Source: Alphaproteobacteria bacterium (lineage in GTDB: Bacteria; Pseudomonadota; Alphaproteobacteria; MPNO01). From it: a stretch of 64,000 nucleotides of DNA. Location: NCBI GenBank assembly GCA_965248835.1, contig CBDFLJ010000001.1, positions 928,001 to 992,000 on the forward strand, given 5' to 3'. The translations under genes and the position numbers were made by a program. The number at the start of each line of letters is the position of its first letter. Position 1 is the first letter of the stretch. This document shows, one piece after another, positions 19,491 to 31,957 of this stretch. Under the pieces are notes generated by a model. That model was not told where the DNA came from and did not search any database. It worked only from the letters and a program-made list of their open reading frames with translations.

Positions 19491-21248
19491 TCAGTCACCG
19501 ATCGCCACGCCTTCGCGCCTGGGATCGGCGCCGCCCTCGAGCCCGGCCGGGATGAGGCGGATGCCGTGCAGCCCGCTGTTCAGCCGGCGCGGGCGGACGT
19601 CGTGGCCGAGCGCTTTGAGCGCCGGGGCGATGGCCAGCAGCCCGGTTCCGGCCTCGATCTCTATCGGCCCGTAGCGGTTGATGTGGTTGGACAGCGCGAT
19701 GGCGCGCTGCATGTCGAGCCCCCAGTCGAGCACGCCGATCAGGGTCTTGGCGACATAGCCGATGATCCCCGTGCCGCCGGGCGATCCAACGACCATGTAC
19801 AGCTTGTCCCTGTCGTCGAAGACCAGCGTCGGCGACATCGAGCTGCGCGGCCGCTTGCCCGGCGCGACCCGGTTGGCGACCTTCCTGCCGTCTTGGACCG
19901 GATAGAACGAGAAGTCGGTAAGCTGGTTGTTGAGCAGGAAGCCGCGGACCATCAGCCGCGCGCCGAAGACGTTCTCGATCGAGGACGTCATCGAGACCGC
20001 GTTGCCGTCCGCATCGACGACGCTGACATGGCTGGTCGAGGGCAGCTCGTAGGCGTCGCCCGCCGGCAGCGCCCCCGGTGCATGGGCCTTGCGGTCCCTG
20101 GCCGGGTTGCCCGGTGCAACGCTCTCGATCCGGCCGGTCGGCGAGATCGCCCGGGACCGCCGCGCGATGTAGCGCGGATCGAGCAGGGCCTGGACCGGCA
20201 CGCGGACGAAATCGGGATCGGCCGCGTGCAACTGGCGATCGGCGAACGCAAGCCGGCTGGCCTCGGAGATCAGATGCACCGAACCGGGCGTGCCCGCCCC
20301 GAGCTTCGCCAGGTCGAAGCGCTCCAGCAGGCCCAGGATCTGGAGCACCGCCAGCCCGCCCGAGGTCGGCGGCGGCATGCCGCAGACCCTCCAGCCGCGA
20401 TAGCGCCGGCACAGCGCCTCGCGCTTCTTCGCGCGGTAGTTGGCGAGGTCGAACCGGGTCATCCGTCCGGGATTGCGTTTGGTGCTCCACACCGCGGCGG
20501 CGATGCTGGCCGCGATCTGGCCCTGGTAGAACGCGTCCGCGCCGTTGCGGGCGATCAGGTCGAGGGTGTCGGCGTATTCCGGGTTCCGCAGCAGGCTGCC
20601 CGCCTGCTTGGGCTTGCCGTCGGCGGTGAAGAAATAGGCCCGCGTGGGCAGGAAATCGGCTAGATGCTTGGCATAGCCGATCAGAAAATGGAGCCGGGGC
20701 GAGATCGCGAACCCCTCGCGCGCGAGCCTGATCGCCGGTCCGAACAGTCTCGCCCAGGACAGATTGCCGTGGTCGCGATGGGCAAGCTCCAGCATCCGCA
20801 TGACGCCCGGCACGCCCACGGATTGCCCGCCGACGACCGCATCGAGGAACCTGCGCGGCCTGCCCTCTCTATCGAGGAAGATGTCGGGCTCGATCTCGGC
20901 CGGCGCGGTCTCACGCCCGTCATAAGCCTCCACGGCGTTGTTTGCCCGGTCGTAGTGCAGCAGGAACGCGCCGCCGCCGATGCCCGAACTCTGCGGTTCG
21001 ACAAGGCCGAGGACGAGTTGGGTCGCGATCGCGGCATCGACCGCCGAGCCGCCGGCGCGCAGAATCTCCCGTCCTGCCCCGGCCGCGAGCGGATTGGCCG
21101 CAGCGATCATGTGGCGCTTGGCCGGTTCCGCCGCGCCGACCGGTTCCGCCGCGCCGGCCGATTGCGCCGCATACGCCAGCAATGCAGCGGCGCTCAGCGC
21201 GGCGAGACGGCGGCGCAGCCGCGCCCCGCCGAGGGTCCGTCGGTTCAT
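19491..21248 (-). CDS. ggt: gamma-glutamyltransferase (exported)
   Basis: Signal peptide; GLVEPQSSGIGGG, DGRETAP, catalytic TSHVSVVD, LNNQLTDF and KRPRSSMSPT motifs. Confidence 0.93.
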   Translation of the reverse strand: MNRRTLGGARLRRRLAALSAAALLAYAAQSAGAAEPVGAAEPAKRHMIAAANPLAAGAGREILRAGGSAVDAAIATQLVLGLVEPQSSGIGGGAFLLHYDRANNAVEAYDGRETAPAEIEPDIFLDREGRPRRFLDAVVGGQSVGVPGVMRMLELAHRDHGNLSWARLFGPAIRLAREGFAISPRLHFLIGYAKHLADFLPTRAYFFTADGKPKQAGSLLRNPEYADTLDLIARNGADAFYQGQIAASIAAAVWSTKRNPGRMTRFDLANYRAKKREALCRRYRGWRVCGMPPPTSGGLAVLQILGLLERFDLAKLGAGTPGSVHLISEASRLAFADRQLHAADPDFVRVPVQALLDPRYIARRSRAISPTGRIESVAPGNPARDRKAHAPGALPAGDAYELPSTSHVSVVDADGNAVSMTSSIENVFGARLMVRGFLLNNQLTDFSFYPVQDGRKVANRVAPGKRPRSSMSPTLVFDDRDKLYMVVGSPGGTGIIGYVAKTLIGVLDWGLDMQRAIALSNHINRYGPIEIEAGTGLLAIAPALKALGHDVRPRRLNSGLHGIRLIPAGLEGGADPRREGVAIGD

Positions 21249-21393
21249 GGCGCCGCAGGATAGCATCGTGACCCGGCGATCGCGCAATCGTCGGCATTTC
21301 GCAATCGCACAAAAGGGTCTACAAGACGGCGTTGCGAGGCTGGCGGCGGGCACCGCCGGGGCGACGGCGGCGCCGGCATGACGAGAGGGTGAG

Positions 21394-22230
21394 ATGAGCG
21401 TGGCGACTCGACGCGAACGCATGACCGTTCCGGCGCTCCGCGGCCGCAAGGGCGGCGAGCCGATCGTCGCCTTGACCGCCTACACCGCACCACAGGCCAA
21501 GACGCTGGACCCCCATGTCGACATTCTTCTGGTCGGCGATTCGCTCGGCATGGTGGTCTATGGCTTGGACTCCACGCTGGGCGTGACGCTTGAGATGATG
21601 AGCGCCCACGGCGCAGCGGTGGTGCGCGGCTCGGACCGGGCGTGCGTCATCGTCGACATGCCCTTCGCCAGCTATCAGGAATCGCCCGAGCAGGCCTACC
21701 GCAACGCCGCCCGGCTGATGATCGAGACCGGCTGCGCCGGCGTGAAGCTCGAAGGCGGGACCGAGATGGCATCGACGGTCGCGTTCCTGACCCGCCGGTC
21801 GATCCCGGTGATGGGACATGTCGGGCTGATGCCGCAATCGGTCAATGCCTATGGCGGGTTCAGGGTGCAGGGCCGCGACCGCGACGATGCCCGCGCGATC
21901 CTCGCCGATGCGCGCGCCATCGCCGATGCCGGGGCATTCTCCATGGTCATCGAGGGCGTGGTCGAGCCGGTCGCGCGCGAGATCACCGGCACGGTCGCGA
22001 TCCCGACGATCGGCATCGGCGCCTCGCCGCACTGCGACGGCCAGGTGCTGGTGACCGAGGACATGGCCGGGCTTTTCTCCGATTTCACGCCGCGCTTCGT
22101 CCGCCGCTACGCTGCGCTCGGCGATGCGCTGGGGGCGGCCGCCGCCGACTACGCGCGCGACGTCCGCGAGCGGCGCTTCCCCGGACCGGAGAATTGCTTC
22201 GGCGTGCCCAAGCGGGCCAAGCTCGCCTGA
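21394..22230 (+). CDS. panB: 3-methyl-2-oxobutanoate hydroxymethyltransferase
   Basis: [26 protein letters not shown] and TIGIGA motifs. Confidence 0.96.
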   Translation: MSVATRRERMTVPALRGRKGGEPIVALTAYTAPQAKTLDPHVDILLVGDSLGMVVYGLDSTLGVTLEMMSAHGAAVVRGSDRACVIVDMPFASYQESPEQAYRNAARLMIETGCAGVKLEGGTEMASTVAFLTRRSIPVMGHVGLMPQSVNAYGGFRVQGRDRDDARAILADARAIADAGAFSMVIEGVVEPVAREITGTVAIPTIGIGASPHCDGQVLVTEDMAGLFSDFTPRFVRRYAALGDALGAAAADYARDVRERRFPGPENCFGVPKRAKLA

Positions 22231-22269
22231 TCCGACCGATCGCGGGGCGCGCAGGCCGGCTTCCGAACC

Positions 22270-23124
22270 ATGGAGATCGTTCGCACCACCGCAGAGGTCC
22301 GCGCCGTGGTGCGGGTGTGGCGCGCGCGCGGGTTCTCCGTCGGTCTGGTGCCGACGATGGGCGGAATCCATGCCGGACACCTGGCGCTGGTCGATTCGGC
22401 CGACCGGGAGGCCGACCGGGTGGTCGTCAGCCTCTTCGTCAACCCCAAGCAGTTCGCCCGGGGCGAGGATTTGTCGTCCTACCCGCGGGATGAGGCCGCC
22501 GATGCCGCGCTGCTGGCGGCGGCCGGCGCCGACCTCCTGTTCGCGCCGGGCCTGGCCGAGGTCTATCCCGAGGGGTTCGGCACAACCATCGCGGTCGACG
22601 GGTTGACCGAGGGTCTGTGCGGCGCCTTCCGTCCCGGGCATTTCCACGGCGTAGCCACCATCGTTGCGAAGCTGTTCAACATGGTCGGGCCGGATTTCGC
22701 CTGGTTCGGCGAAAAGGACTACCAGCAGCTCCAGGTGATCAAGCGCCTGGTCCACGACCTCGACCTGCCGGTGGCGGTCCGCGGGGTGGCGACCGTGCGC
22801 GAGCCGGACGGCCTGGCGCTGTCCTCGCGCAACGCCTATCTGAGCCCCGCCGAACGCCGCGCGGCGCCGGCGCTCTACGCGTCCCTGGTGGCGCTTTCCG
22901 AGGCTTTGAGCGCCGGCGCCGGCGATATCGCGGGCGAGATCGCACGAACGGCTGATGGCTTGCGCAAGGCCGGGTTCGATCCGATCGACTATGTCGCGGT
23001 GGTCGATGCGCAGACGCTCGTCCCACTGAGCGGGCCGATTTCCCGCCCGGGCCGCGCGCTTGCCGCAGCAAGGCTCGGACAGGCACGGCTGATCGACAAC
23101 GTCGCGGTCGCCCCGCCGGCCTGA
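22270..23124 (+). CDS. panC: pantoate--beta-alanine ligase
   Basis: VPTMGGIHAGH, FVNPKQF, FGEKDYQQ, LSSRN and RLIDN motifs. Confidence 0.96.
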   Translation: MEIVRTTAEVRAVVRVWRARGFSVGLVPTMGGIHAGHLALVDSADREADRVVVSLFVNPKQFARGEDLSSYPRDEAADAALLAAAGADLLFAPGLAEVYPEGFGTTIAVDGLTEGLCGAFRPGHFHGVATIVAKLFNMVGPDFAWFGEKDYQQLQVIKRLVHDLDLPVAVRGVATVREPDGLALSSRNAYLSPAERRAAPALYASLVALSEALSAGAGDIAGEIARTADGLRKAGFDPIDYVAVVDAQTLVPLSGPISRPGRALAAARLGQARLIDNVAVAPPA

Positions 23125-23243
23125 AATGCGGCCTGCTTCAGGCGGATCGAGCCGGTCCGGCCCGCGAATTTCCTTACCGCCGTTTCCCCGTCGCCCCGGG
23201 CGTGGCATAGTCGGCCGCACCTTCAGTGACGGGACGCTGTCCG

Positions 23244-23915
23244 ATGTTCTACGAAACCGACGGCAACGACCACGGGCTTCCCTACAACCCCTACAAGTCG
23301 ATCGTCGTGCCGCGGCCGATCGGCTGGGTCTCCACGCTCGACCGCGAGGGTGGCGTCAACCTCGCCCCGTTCAGCCAGTTCAACAATTTGGGCTACGATC
23401 CGCCCTATGTGATGTTCGCGGCCGGCCAGAAGCCCGACGGCTCGCCCAAGGACAGCGTGGTCAACGCGATGAGCGGGGGCGAGTTCGTCTGCTCGATGGC
23501 GACCTACGCGCTGCGCGAGGCGGTCAACACCACCGCTCAGATGCTCGATGCCGATGTCGACGAGATGGCGTTGGCCGGGCTGACACCCGCGCCTTCGCGC
23601 CTGGTCGCCCCGCCGCGGGTCGCCGAATCCCCGGTGCATCTCGAATGCCGGTTCCACGCCTCGATGGTCCTGCCGGGCCACACGGTGGTGAACAACGCCC
23701 ACGTCGTGGTCGGCCGGGTGGTCGGGGTCCATATCGACGACGACGCGCTGACCGCGGACGGCAAGCTCGATATCGCCCGGATCAGGCCGTTGGCACGGCT
23801 CGGCTACTTCGACTACACCGCCGTGGAGTCGGTGTTCTCGATGGCCCCCGGCGGGCCCAATGTCGAGGCCTTCCGCCGCGGGCTGGCGGGCGAAGCGCGC
23901 GGCGCGGCCGAATAG
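23244..23915 (+). CDS. flavin reductase-like protein (DIM6/NTAB family)
   Basis: VVPRPIGWVST, NLAPFS, KDSVVN and ESPVHLECR motifs. Confidence 0.88.
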   Translation: MFYETDGNDHGLPYNPYKSIVVPRPIGWVSTLDREGGVNLAPFSQFNNLGYDPPYVMFAAGQKPDGSPKDSVVNAMSGGEFVCSMATYALREAVNTTAQMLDADVDEMALAGLTPAPSRLVAPPRVAESPVHLECRFHASMVLPGHTVVNNAHVVVGRVVGVHIDDDALTADGKLDIARIRPLARLGYFDYTAVESVFSMAPGGPNVEAFRRGLAGEARGAAE

Positions 23916-24004
23916 CAAGCGCTCGACGAACCGGGAAATGGCGCGCGTTCGCGGCGGCCTTGCCGCCGGTGAGCGGCGACTGCCGCGCCCGGTCGCGCGG
24001 CTCG

Positions 24005-24033
24005 TTGCACGCGCCGCGTCAAGCCTGTATATC
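24005..24033 (+). promoter_or_regulatory. sigma70-type promoter of tRNA-Arg
   Basis: TTGCAC-17 bp-TATATC followed by a GC-rich discriminator. Confidence 0.6.
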
Positions 24034-24046
24034 CGCCGCCACCAGC

Positions 24047-24123
24047 GCGCCCGTAGCTCAACTGGATAGAGCACCTGACTACGGATCAGGAGGTTGGGAG
24101 TTCGAATCTCTCCGGGCGCGCCA
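24047..24123 (+). tRNA. tRNA-Arg(ACG)
   Basis: GCGCCCG/CGGGCGC acceptor stem, CCTGA-CT ACG GA-TCAGG anticodon arm, GTTCGAAT T-loop, encoded CCA. Confidence 0.96.
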
Positions 24124-24153
24124 ATGCCTTGTCCGACGCCGCACACATCCCAC

Positions 24154-24431
24154 CCCGATCTATTCATCCTATCGCCGATTTCCGACAATGCCGGTGCGGC
24201 GCGAACGGGGGCGTGACGCGCGGGTCCAGCGGTTGCGAGGCGCCTAACCAGCATAAGCAAGAGCGCGGCGTCCGGCCATGCCGAGGCGAACCGGATGCGG
24301 GCGGCCTTTTCGGCGACCTGGGCGCCGATCTTGAGCGGGCGTTGCCTGACGGCGAAGCATTCGGCCTTGCCGGAACAACGATTATGCCATGCTCGCCGGC
24401 CCAAATTCAGGACCGGAAGAAATAGATCGGG
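24154..24431 (-). mobile_element. MITE-like internally deleted IS1380-family remnant
   Basis: 11-bp perfect terminal inverted repeats CCCGATCTATT (24154-24164) / AATAGATCGGG (24421-24431); internal minus-strand peptide ...LKIGAQVAEKAARIRFASAWPDAALL...LATAGP resembles the IS1380 transposase C-terminus (from recall). Confidence 0.7.
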
Positions 24432-24432
24432 C

Positions 24433-26220
<1,788 letters not shown>

Positions 26221-26292
26221 CCTCGGGTTCCTTTCGGCGTAACCGGCGAGCCTGGGCGGCGGGCAAGGCGCCAAGGCGGCTTCGATGCCGGC

Positions 26293-27720
26293 TCAGAGCA
26301 CCTTTCCGGGGTTCATCAGGTTGTCGGGGTCGAGGCTCGCCTTGATGCGGCGCATCAGGTCGAGCGCGACCGCCTGCTTGTAGCGTACAAGCGCCGCGCG
26401 CTTGAGCTGGCCGATACCGTGCTCGGCGCTGATGCTGCCGCGCATCGCCGCCGCGATGTCGTGGACGATGCGGTTGAGCTCGTCCTCGCGGTCCATGAAC
26501 GCCGCACCGTCCGCCCCTTCCGGCTGGCTGAGATTGAAGTGGATGTTGCCGTCGCCGACATGGCCGAACGCGCACACCCTGACGCCGGGAACGCGTTCCA
26601 CCGTCCGGCGCGCCGCCTCGTCCATGAAGGAAGCGACCTGGGAGACCGGCACCGAGACGTCGTGCTTGATCGAGGCGCCTTCATGCTTCTGGGCCTCCGG
26701 GATGGTCTCGCGCAGCTTCCAGAAATCGGCCGCCTGGCCGCCGCTTTCGGCGATCACCGCATCGCGCACCAGACCGTCTTCCATGGCTTGGGCCAGGAAG
26801 GATTCGGTAAGCGTGCGGACCGCGTCGTCGGCCGCGCCGGCGGCGAGTTCGAGCAGAACGTAGCACGGGTGGGGCCGGTCGAACGGATCCCGCGTGCCGG
26901 GAATATGGGCGAAGACCAGCGCGAGCGGCAGCCGCAGCATCAGCTCGAAAGCCGTCACCCGGTCGCCGGTCGCGGCGCGGGCGCGGGCGAGCAAGGCGAC
27001 CGCAGCCGCCGGGTCATCGACCGCCAGCAAAGCCGTCTCCATCCCGTGCGGCCGCGGGAACAGCTTCAGCACCGCCGCGGTGATGATGCCCAAGGTGCCC
27101 TCGGCGCCGATGAACAGGTGCTTGAGGTCGTATCCGGTATTGTCCTTGCGCAACGCCGACAGCCCGTCCCAGATCCGGCCGTCGGGCAGCACCACCTCGA
27201 GCCCGAGCGCGAGGTCCCTTGCGTTGCCGTAGCGCAGGACCCCGGTGCCGCCGGCATTGGTCGACAGGTTGCCGCCGATCCGCGCCGTCCCCTCCCCGCC
27301 CAGGCTCAGCGGGAACAGCCGGTCGACCTCGGCGGCGGCCTTCTGCACGTCGGCCAGGATCACCCCGGCCTCGACGGTGATGGTGTAGTTCACCGGATCG
27401 ACCGCGCGGACCCGGTTGAGCCGGGCGAGGCTGAGGACGATCGCCCGGCCGCCCTCATCGGGAGTCGCGGCCCCGCACAGCCCGGTGTTGCCGCCCTGGG
27501 GAACGATCGGGACGCGGTGTTCGGCGCACAGCCGGACGGTCGCCGCGACCGCCTCGGTATCGGCAGGGCGCACCACCGCCACCGCCTTGCCGCGGTACCG
27601 GCCGCGCTCATCGATCAGGAACGGCGCCATGTCGGCCGGCTCGGTCAACAGCGCGGCGGGGCCAAGCAGGCCTTCCAGCCGGCCGATGATGTCTTCGGAG
27701 AGAACGCGCGTACCCGCCAT
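26293..27720 (-). CDS. FAD-binding oxidoreductase (D-2-hydroxyacid dehydrogenase / GlcD-like)
   Basis: PQGGNTG, STNAGG, RKDNTGYDLKHLFIGAEGTLG, GHVGDGNIH and SAEHGIG motifs. Confidence 0.9.
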   Translation of the reverse strand: MAGTRVLSEDIIGRLEGLLGPAALLTEPADMAPFLIDERGRYRGKAVAVVRPADTEAVAATVRLCAEHRVPIVPQGGNTGLCGAATPDEGGRAIVLSLARLNRVRAVDPVNYTITVEAGVILADVQKAAAEVDRLFPLSLGGEGTARIGGNLSTNAGGTGVLRYGNARDLALGLEVVLPDGRIWDGLSALRKDNTGYDLKHLFIGAEGTLGIITAAVLKLFPRPHGMETALLAVDDPAAAVALLARARAATGDRVTAFELMLRLPLALVFAHIPGTRDPFDRPHPCYVLLELAAGAADDAVRTLTESFLAQAMEDGLVRDAVIAESGGQAADFWKLRETIPEAQKHEGASIKHDVSVPVSQVASFMDEAARRTVERVPGVRVCAFGHVGDGNIHFNLSQPEGADGAAFMDREDELNRIVHDIAAAMRGSISAEHGIGQLKRAALVRYKQAVALDLMRRIKASLDPDNLMNPGKVL

Positions 27721-27730
27721 GGGGATGGAT

Positions 27731-28685
27731 TTAGCCCGGCCGGCGGGGCGCGGCAAGCCGGCCGGCCGCGGCCGCCCGACGCAGCCGGTCCATGATCGCC
27801 CGGCCGAGCCCGGTCTCGGGCACCGGCATGGCCACGATGCCCGCATAGTCCGGCCGATCGAGGTCGCGGAGCATTGCGAACAGGTTGGCGGCAGCCTCGA
27901 TCAGATCGCCGCCGGGGCTCAGGTTGCGCTCGGCCGCGAAACCCGAAGGCGCATGGGCGCCGAAGGACAGCAGCGCCTCGCCCGGCCGAACCGGTTCCGC
28001 ACCGATCCGGAGCGGCAGGCGCGGCGCGTAGTGGCTTTCCAGCCGGCCCGGCGCGCGCGGGGCGCCGTCATCGCCGGCGGCCGCATCCGAGACCGGACCC
28101 AGCACTGCCGCCAGATCCTCCAGCGGGACCCCGCCCGGCCGCAGCAGGACCGGACGGGCGTCGACGAGGTCGATCACGGCGGATTCGAGCCCGACCGCGC
28201 ATGGCCCGCCGTCGAGGATCACATCGACCGCATCGCCCAGCGTGTCGGCGACGTGTCCGGCCCGCGTCGGGCTGACGCCGCCGGCCGGGTTGGCGCTCGG
28301 GGCCGCGACCGGCACGCCGGCGGCCTCGATCAGCGCGAGGGCGATGTCGTTCGCCGGCACCCGGACCGCCAGCGTGTCCAGCCCGGCACCGGCCAGACGC
28401 GAGACCGGTGCATCGCCGCGCCGCGGCAGCACCAGGGACAGCGGGCCGGGCCAGAACCGCGCTGCCGCCGCGCGCGCGCGGTCGTCGAAGGCGACGATCG
28501 TCTCGGCCCGCGCGAGGTCCGGGACATGGATGATCAGCGGGTTGAAGCGCGGCCGGTTCTTGACCGCGAAGATCCGCGCGACCGCGCAGTCGTTGCCGGC
28601 ATCGGCGCCGAGGCCGTAGACCGTCTCGGTCGGGAAAGCGACCAGCGCGCCCGCGCGGAGCCTGCGCGCGGCCTCGGCGAGCGCC

Positions 28686-28699
<14 letters not shown>
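27731..28699 (-). CDS. tsaC: L-threonylcarbamoyladenylate synthase (Sua5/TsaC)
   Basis: AFPTETVYGLGAD, KNRPRFNPLIIH, AAPSAN motifs and Sua5 C-terminal domain (SHYAP). Confidence 0.93.
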
Positions 28700-29468
<769 letters not shown>

Positions 29469-29472
29469 CCGT

Positions 29473-30318
29473 TCAGCGCGCCCCGGGCCAGGTCGCCGCC
29501 GTACCGACAGCGGGCCAGGCGGCCGGCGCGCGGGCCGCTTGCGCCGCCTCGCCCGGCGGGATCGCCGGGTCGAAGTCGTTGGCGACGAACCGGCAATCCG
29601 TCACCCCGTCGGAGGCCTCGGAGGCAAGCCACAGGATCGGGGCCACCATGACCCCGGGCTGGACCAGCGCCGTGCGGTCGAACGGCGCGTTGGCCGGGAT
29701 GAAGCCGGTATTGGTCGGCCCGCCGGGCACCAGCACGTTTGCCGTCACCCCGGTCCCGTCGAGATCCTTGGCCCATGTCGAGGTCGCGGCCTCGAGCGCG
29801 GCCTTGGACTGGCCGTAGGGCGTGTAGGCCTTGCGGTGCATGGTATCGAGGCTGGTGGTGACGTTGACGATCCGGCCCCAGCCCTGAGCCAGCATGTGCG
29901 GAACGGCGAACCTGGCCAGCATGAACGGCGCCTTGAAGTTCACGTCCATCATCCGCTGCCAGCGGTCGATGTCGGCCTCCCAGAACGGGACGGGCTCGTT
30001 CATATAGGTCTCGCGGATGGTCTGCATGCCGATCCCGGCATTGTTGACCAGCATGTGCAGCCCGCCGAAAACTGCGATCGTCCGCCGCACGAGGTCTTCG
30101 CAGGCTGCCGGGTCGGTGATGTCGGCGGTGGCCGGTTCGACCCGGCCCGGGCCGTTGCGCTTCTTGGCCTCCTCGGCCAGCGCCCGCAGCGGTTCCTCGC
30201 GGACATCGACCGCCAGCACATCGGCGCCCTCGCCGATCAAGCCCAACGACATCGCGCTGCCCATGCCGCCGCCGGCCCCGGTCATCAGCACCGTTCTTCC
30301 GCTCAGCGACCCCGCCAC
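29473..30318 (-). CDS. SDR family NAD(P)-dependent oxidoreductase
   Basis: TGAGGGMG, NNAG and YGQSK motifs; GTG start after GGGAGA. Confidence 0.88.
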   Translation of the reverse strand: MAGSLSGRTVLMTGAGGGMGSAMSLGLIGEGADVLAVDVREEPLRALAEEAKKRNGPGRVEPATADITDPAACEDLVRRTIAVFGGLHMLVNNAGIGMQTIRETYMNEPVPFWEADIDRWQRMMDVNFKAPFMLARFAVPHMLAQGWGRIVNVTTSLDTMHRKAYTPYGQSKAALEAATSTWAKDLDGTGVTANVLVPGGPTNTGFIPANAPFDRTALVQPGVMVAPILWLASEASDGVTDCRFVANDFDPAIPPGEAAQAARAPAAWPAVGTAATWPGAR

Positions 30319-30472
30319 CGACCGTCTCCCGCCTGCGTCGTCTGCACAGGGGCCGGACCATAGCGACAGCCTCCGCCGTGGCCAAGGCCCCCGATCGCGC
30401 CGGCCCGAAAACTGGACATCGCCGGTGCCGTTGCCGATCATGGCGGCCATCGGGCGCTGAACGGGGGGCGAC

Positions 30473-30916
30473 ATGGGTGTGGAACTCATCATCACGTCGA
30501 TCATCGGCGGAATCGTTGCGACCTACGTATTGCTGGCGATGGCGGCCTGGTCGCACCGGCTCGGCCTGCCGCGGCTCGATTTCGCCAAGGCGATGGCGGG
30601 GCTGACTTTCGGCGACAGCTTCGAAGGGCGCGAGCCGCCCTATTGGGCCGGGATGGCGGTCGTCTACATGAACGGCATCCTGTTCGCGCTGGTCTATTCG
30701 ACGGTGGTCGCGCAATACCTGCCGGGGATCCCGGTGGTGCGCGGCACGCTTTGGGGGATCATCCTGTATTTCGCGTCCTGCCTGTTCTATGTGCCGCTCT
30801 ATCTGCGCGAGGGGTTCTTCCTGTCGCATGTCCACAAGCGCGCCTGGATCACCTCGGGCATGGTCCACGGGCTCTACGGCATCGTCGTCGGCTGGCTGTG
30901 CCCGATCGCGGCCTGA
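30473..30916 (+). CDS. four-TM membrane protein of unknown function
   Basis: Four hydrophobic segments; C-terminal HGLYG motif. Confidence 0.75.
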   Translation: MGVELIITSIIGGIVATYVLLAMAAWSHRLGLPRLDFAKAMAGLTFGDSFEGREPPYWAGMAVVYMNGILFALVYSTVVAQYLPGIPVVRGTLWGIILYFASCLFYVPLYLREGFFLSHVHKRAWITSGMVHGLYGIVVGWLCPIAA

Positions 30917-30955
30917 GACCGGCGCCGGTCAGGGACCGCGCCGGCCGGGCTTCTC

Positions 30956-31789
30956 TCAGCCCGGCACCGGCGCCGCGGTGCCTTCGATCTGGACGCGGTA
31001 GCCCGACCGCACGTTGGGCAGGTAGTCGGAAATCGCGTAATGCTGGACGCAGCGGTTGTCCCAGAAGGCGATCGAATGGGGCTCCCAGCGGAACCGGCAG
31101 GTCCATTCCGGCCGGGTGCAATGCGCGCACAGGAAGCGCAGCAGGTGCGCACTTTCGCCTTCCGGAAGTTCGTTGATCCGCTTGGTGAAAGAGCTGTTGA
31201 CGTAGATCAGCTTCCGGCCGCTGTCGGGGTGGCGGACGATCACCGGATGGACCGCGCGCGGCGTGCCCTCGCCGAAGGTGGGCACCCCGTCATGCAAGGC
31301 GGTAAGCCCGGAAAGACAGGTCTTCATCGGCGCGGACAGCGCTTCGTAAGCCGCATACATGCTGGCGAACAGCGTGTCGCCGCCGCCGTTGGGCGGCAGG
31401 GTGTGGTTGTACAGGATGCTGCCGAGCGGCGGGACCGGGGCGCAGGACTGGTCGGTGTGCCAGATGTTGCCGGAGACCCGCGGCGTCGTCTCGTCGAAAT
31501 GAAACCGCCGCACGCGAGGATCGGCCGAGGGTTGGCTGTTGGTCTTCGCGCCGACATGTTGGCCGATCGGGCCGAAATACGCCGCCAGGCGCACATGGTC
31601 CTCGAAGCCGATCTTCTGATCGCGGAAGAACAGGACGAGGCGTTCGGTGAAGGCGCGGCGAATCTCGGCAAGCGCGAGATCGGAAAGCGGCCGCGTCAGA
31701 TCGATATTGCCGATCACCGCCCCGATATGGGGGCTGGCCGGCGTGACCGTGATCGTCCGATAAGGTGCCTCGGTGCCAAAGCCGTCCAT
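30956..31789 (-). CDS. TauD/TfdA family Fe(II)/2OG dioxygenase
   Basis: WHTD, GGDTLFASM and WDNRCVQH motifs. Confidence 0.9.
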   Translation of the reverse strand: MDGFGTEAPYRTITVTPASPHIGAVIGNIDLTRPLSDLALAEIRRAFTERLVLFFRDQKIGFEDHVRLAAYFGPIGQHVGAKTNSQPSADPRVRRFHFDETTPRVSGNIWHTDQSCAPVPPLGSILYNHTLPPNGGGDTLFASMYAAYEALSAPMKTCLSGLTALHDGVPTFGEGTPRAVHPVIVRHPDSGRKLIYVNSSFTKRINELPEGESAHLLRFLCAHCTRPEWTCRFRWEPHSIAFWDNRCVQHYAISDYLPNVRSGYRVQIEGTAAPVPG

Positions 31790-31957
31790 GACCGCGCGAA
31801 TCCCGCCTCGCCGCGGCCGATCGCGGCCGCGCAGCGATGGTAGCAAGCGCCGCGGGATCCCGGAAGCGCGAAAGCGGTCCGACGGGTGCGGCCACCAGAC
31901 GCGGCGATGCTCGGCGGCCGCCTTGCGGCCGCCGCCTCGGCTGGGCTAAGCAGGGCC

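Noticed and set aside
4846-24123. tRNA-anchored prophage or integrative island at tRNA-Thr or tRNA-Arg
   Set aside because: No integrase, no duplicated tRNA 3' end seen, and the flanking genes are housekeeping.
24129-24425. 98-aa plus-strand ORF after tRNA-Arg
   Set aside because: No SD or motifs; better explained as the antisense of the IS1380-like remnant.
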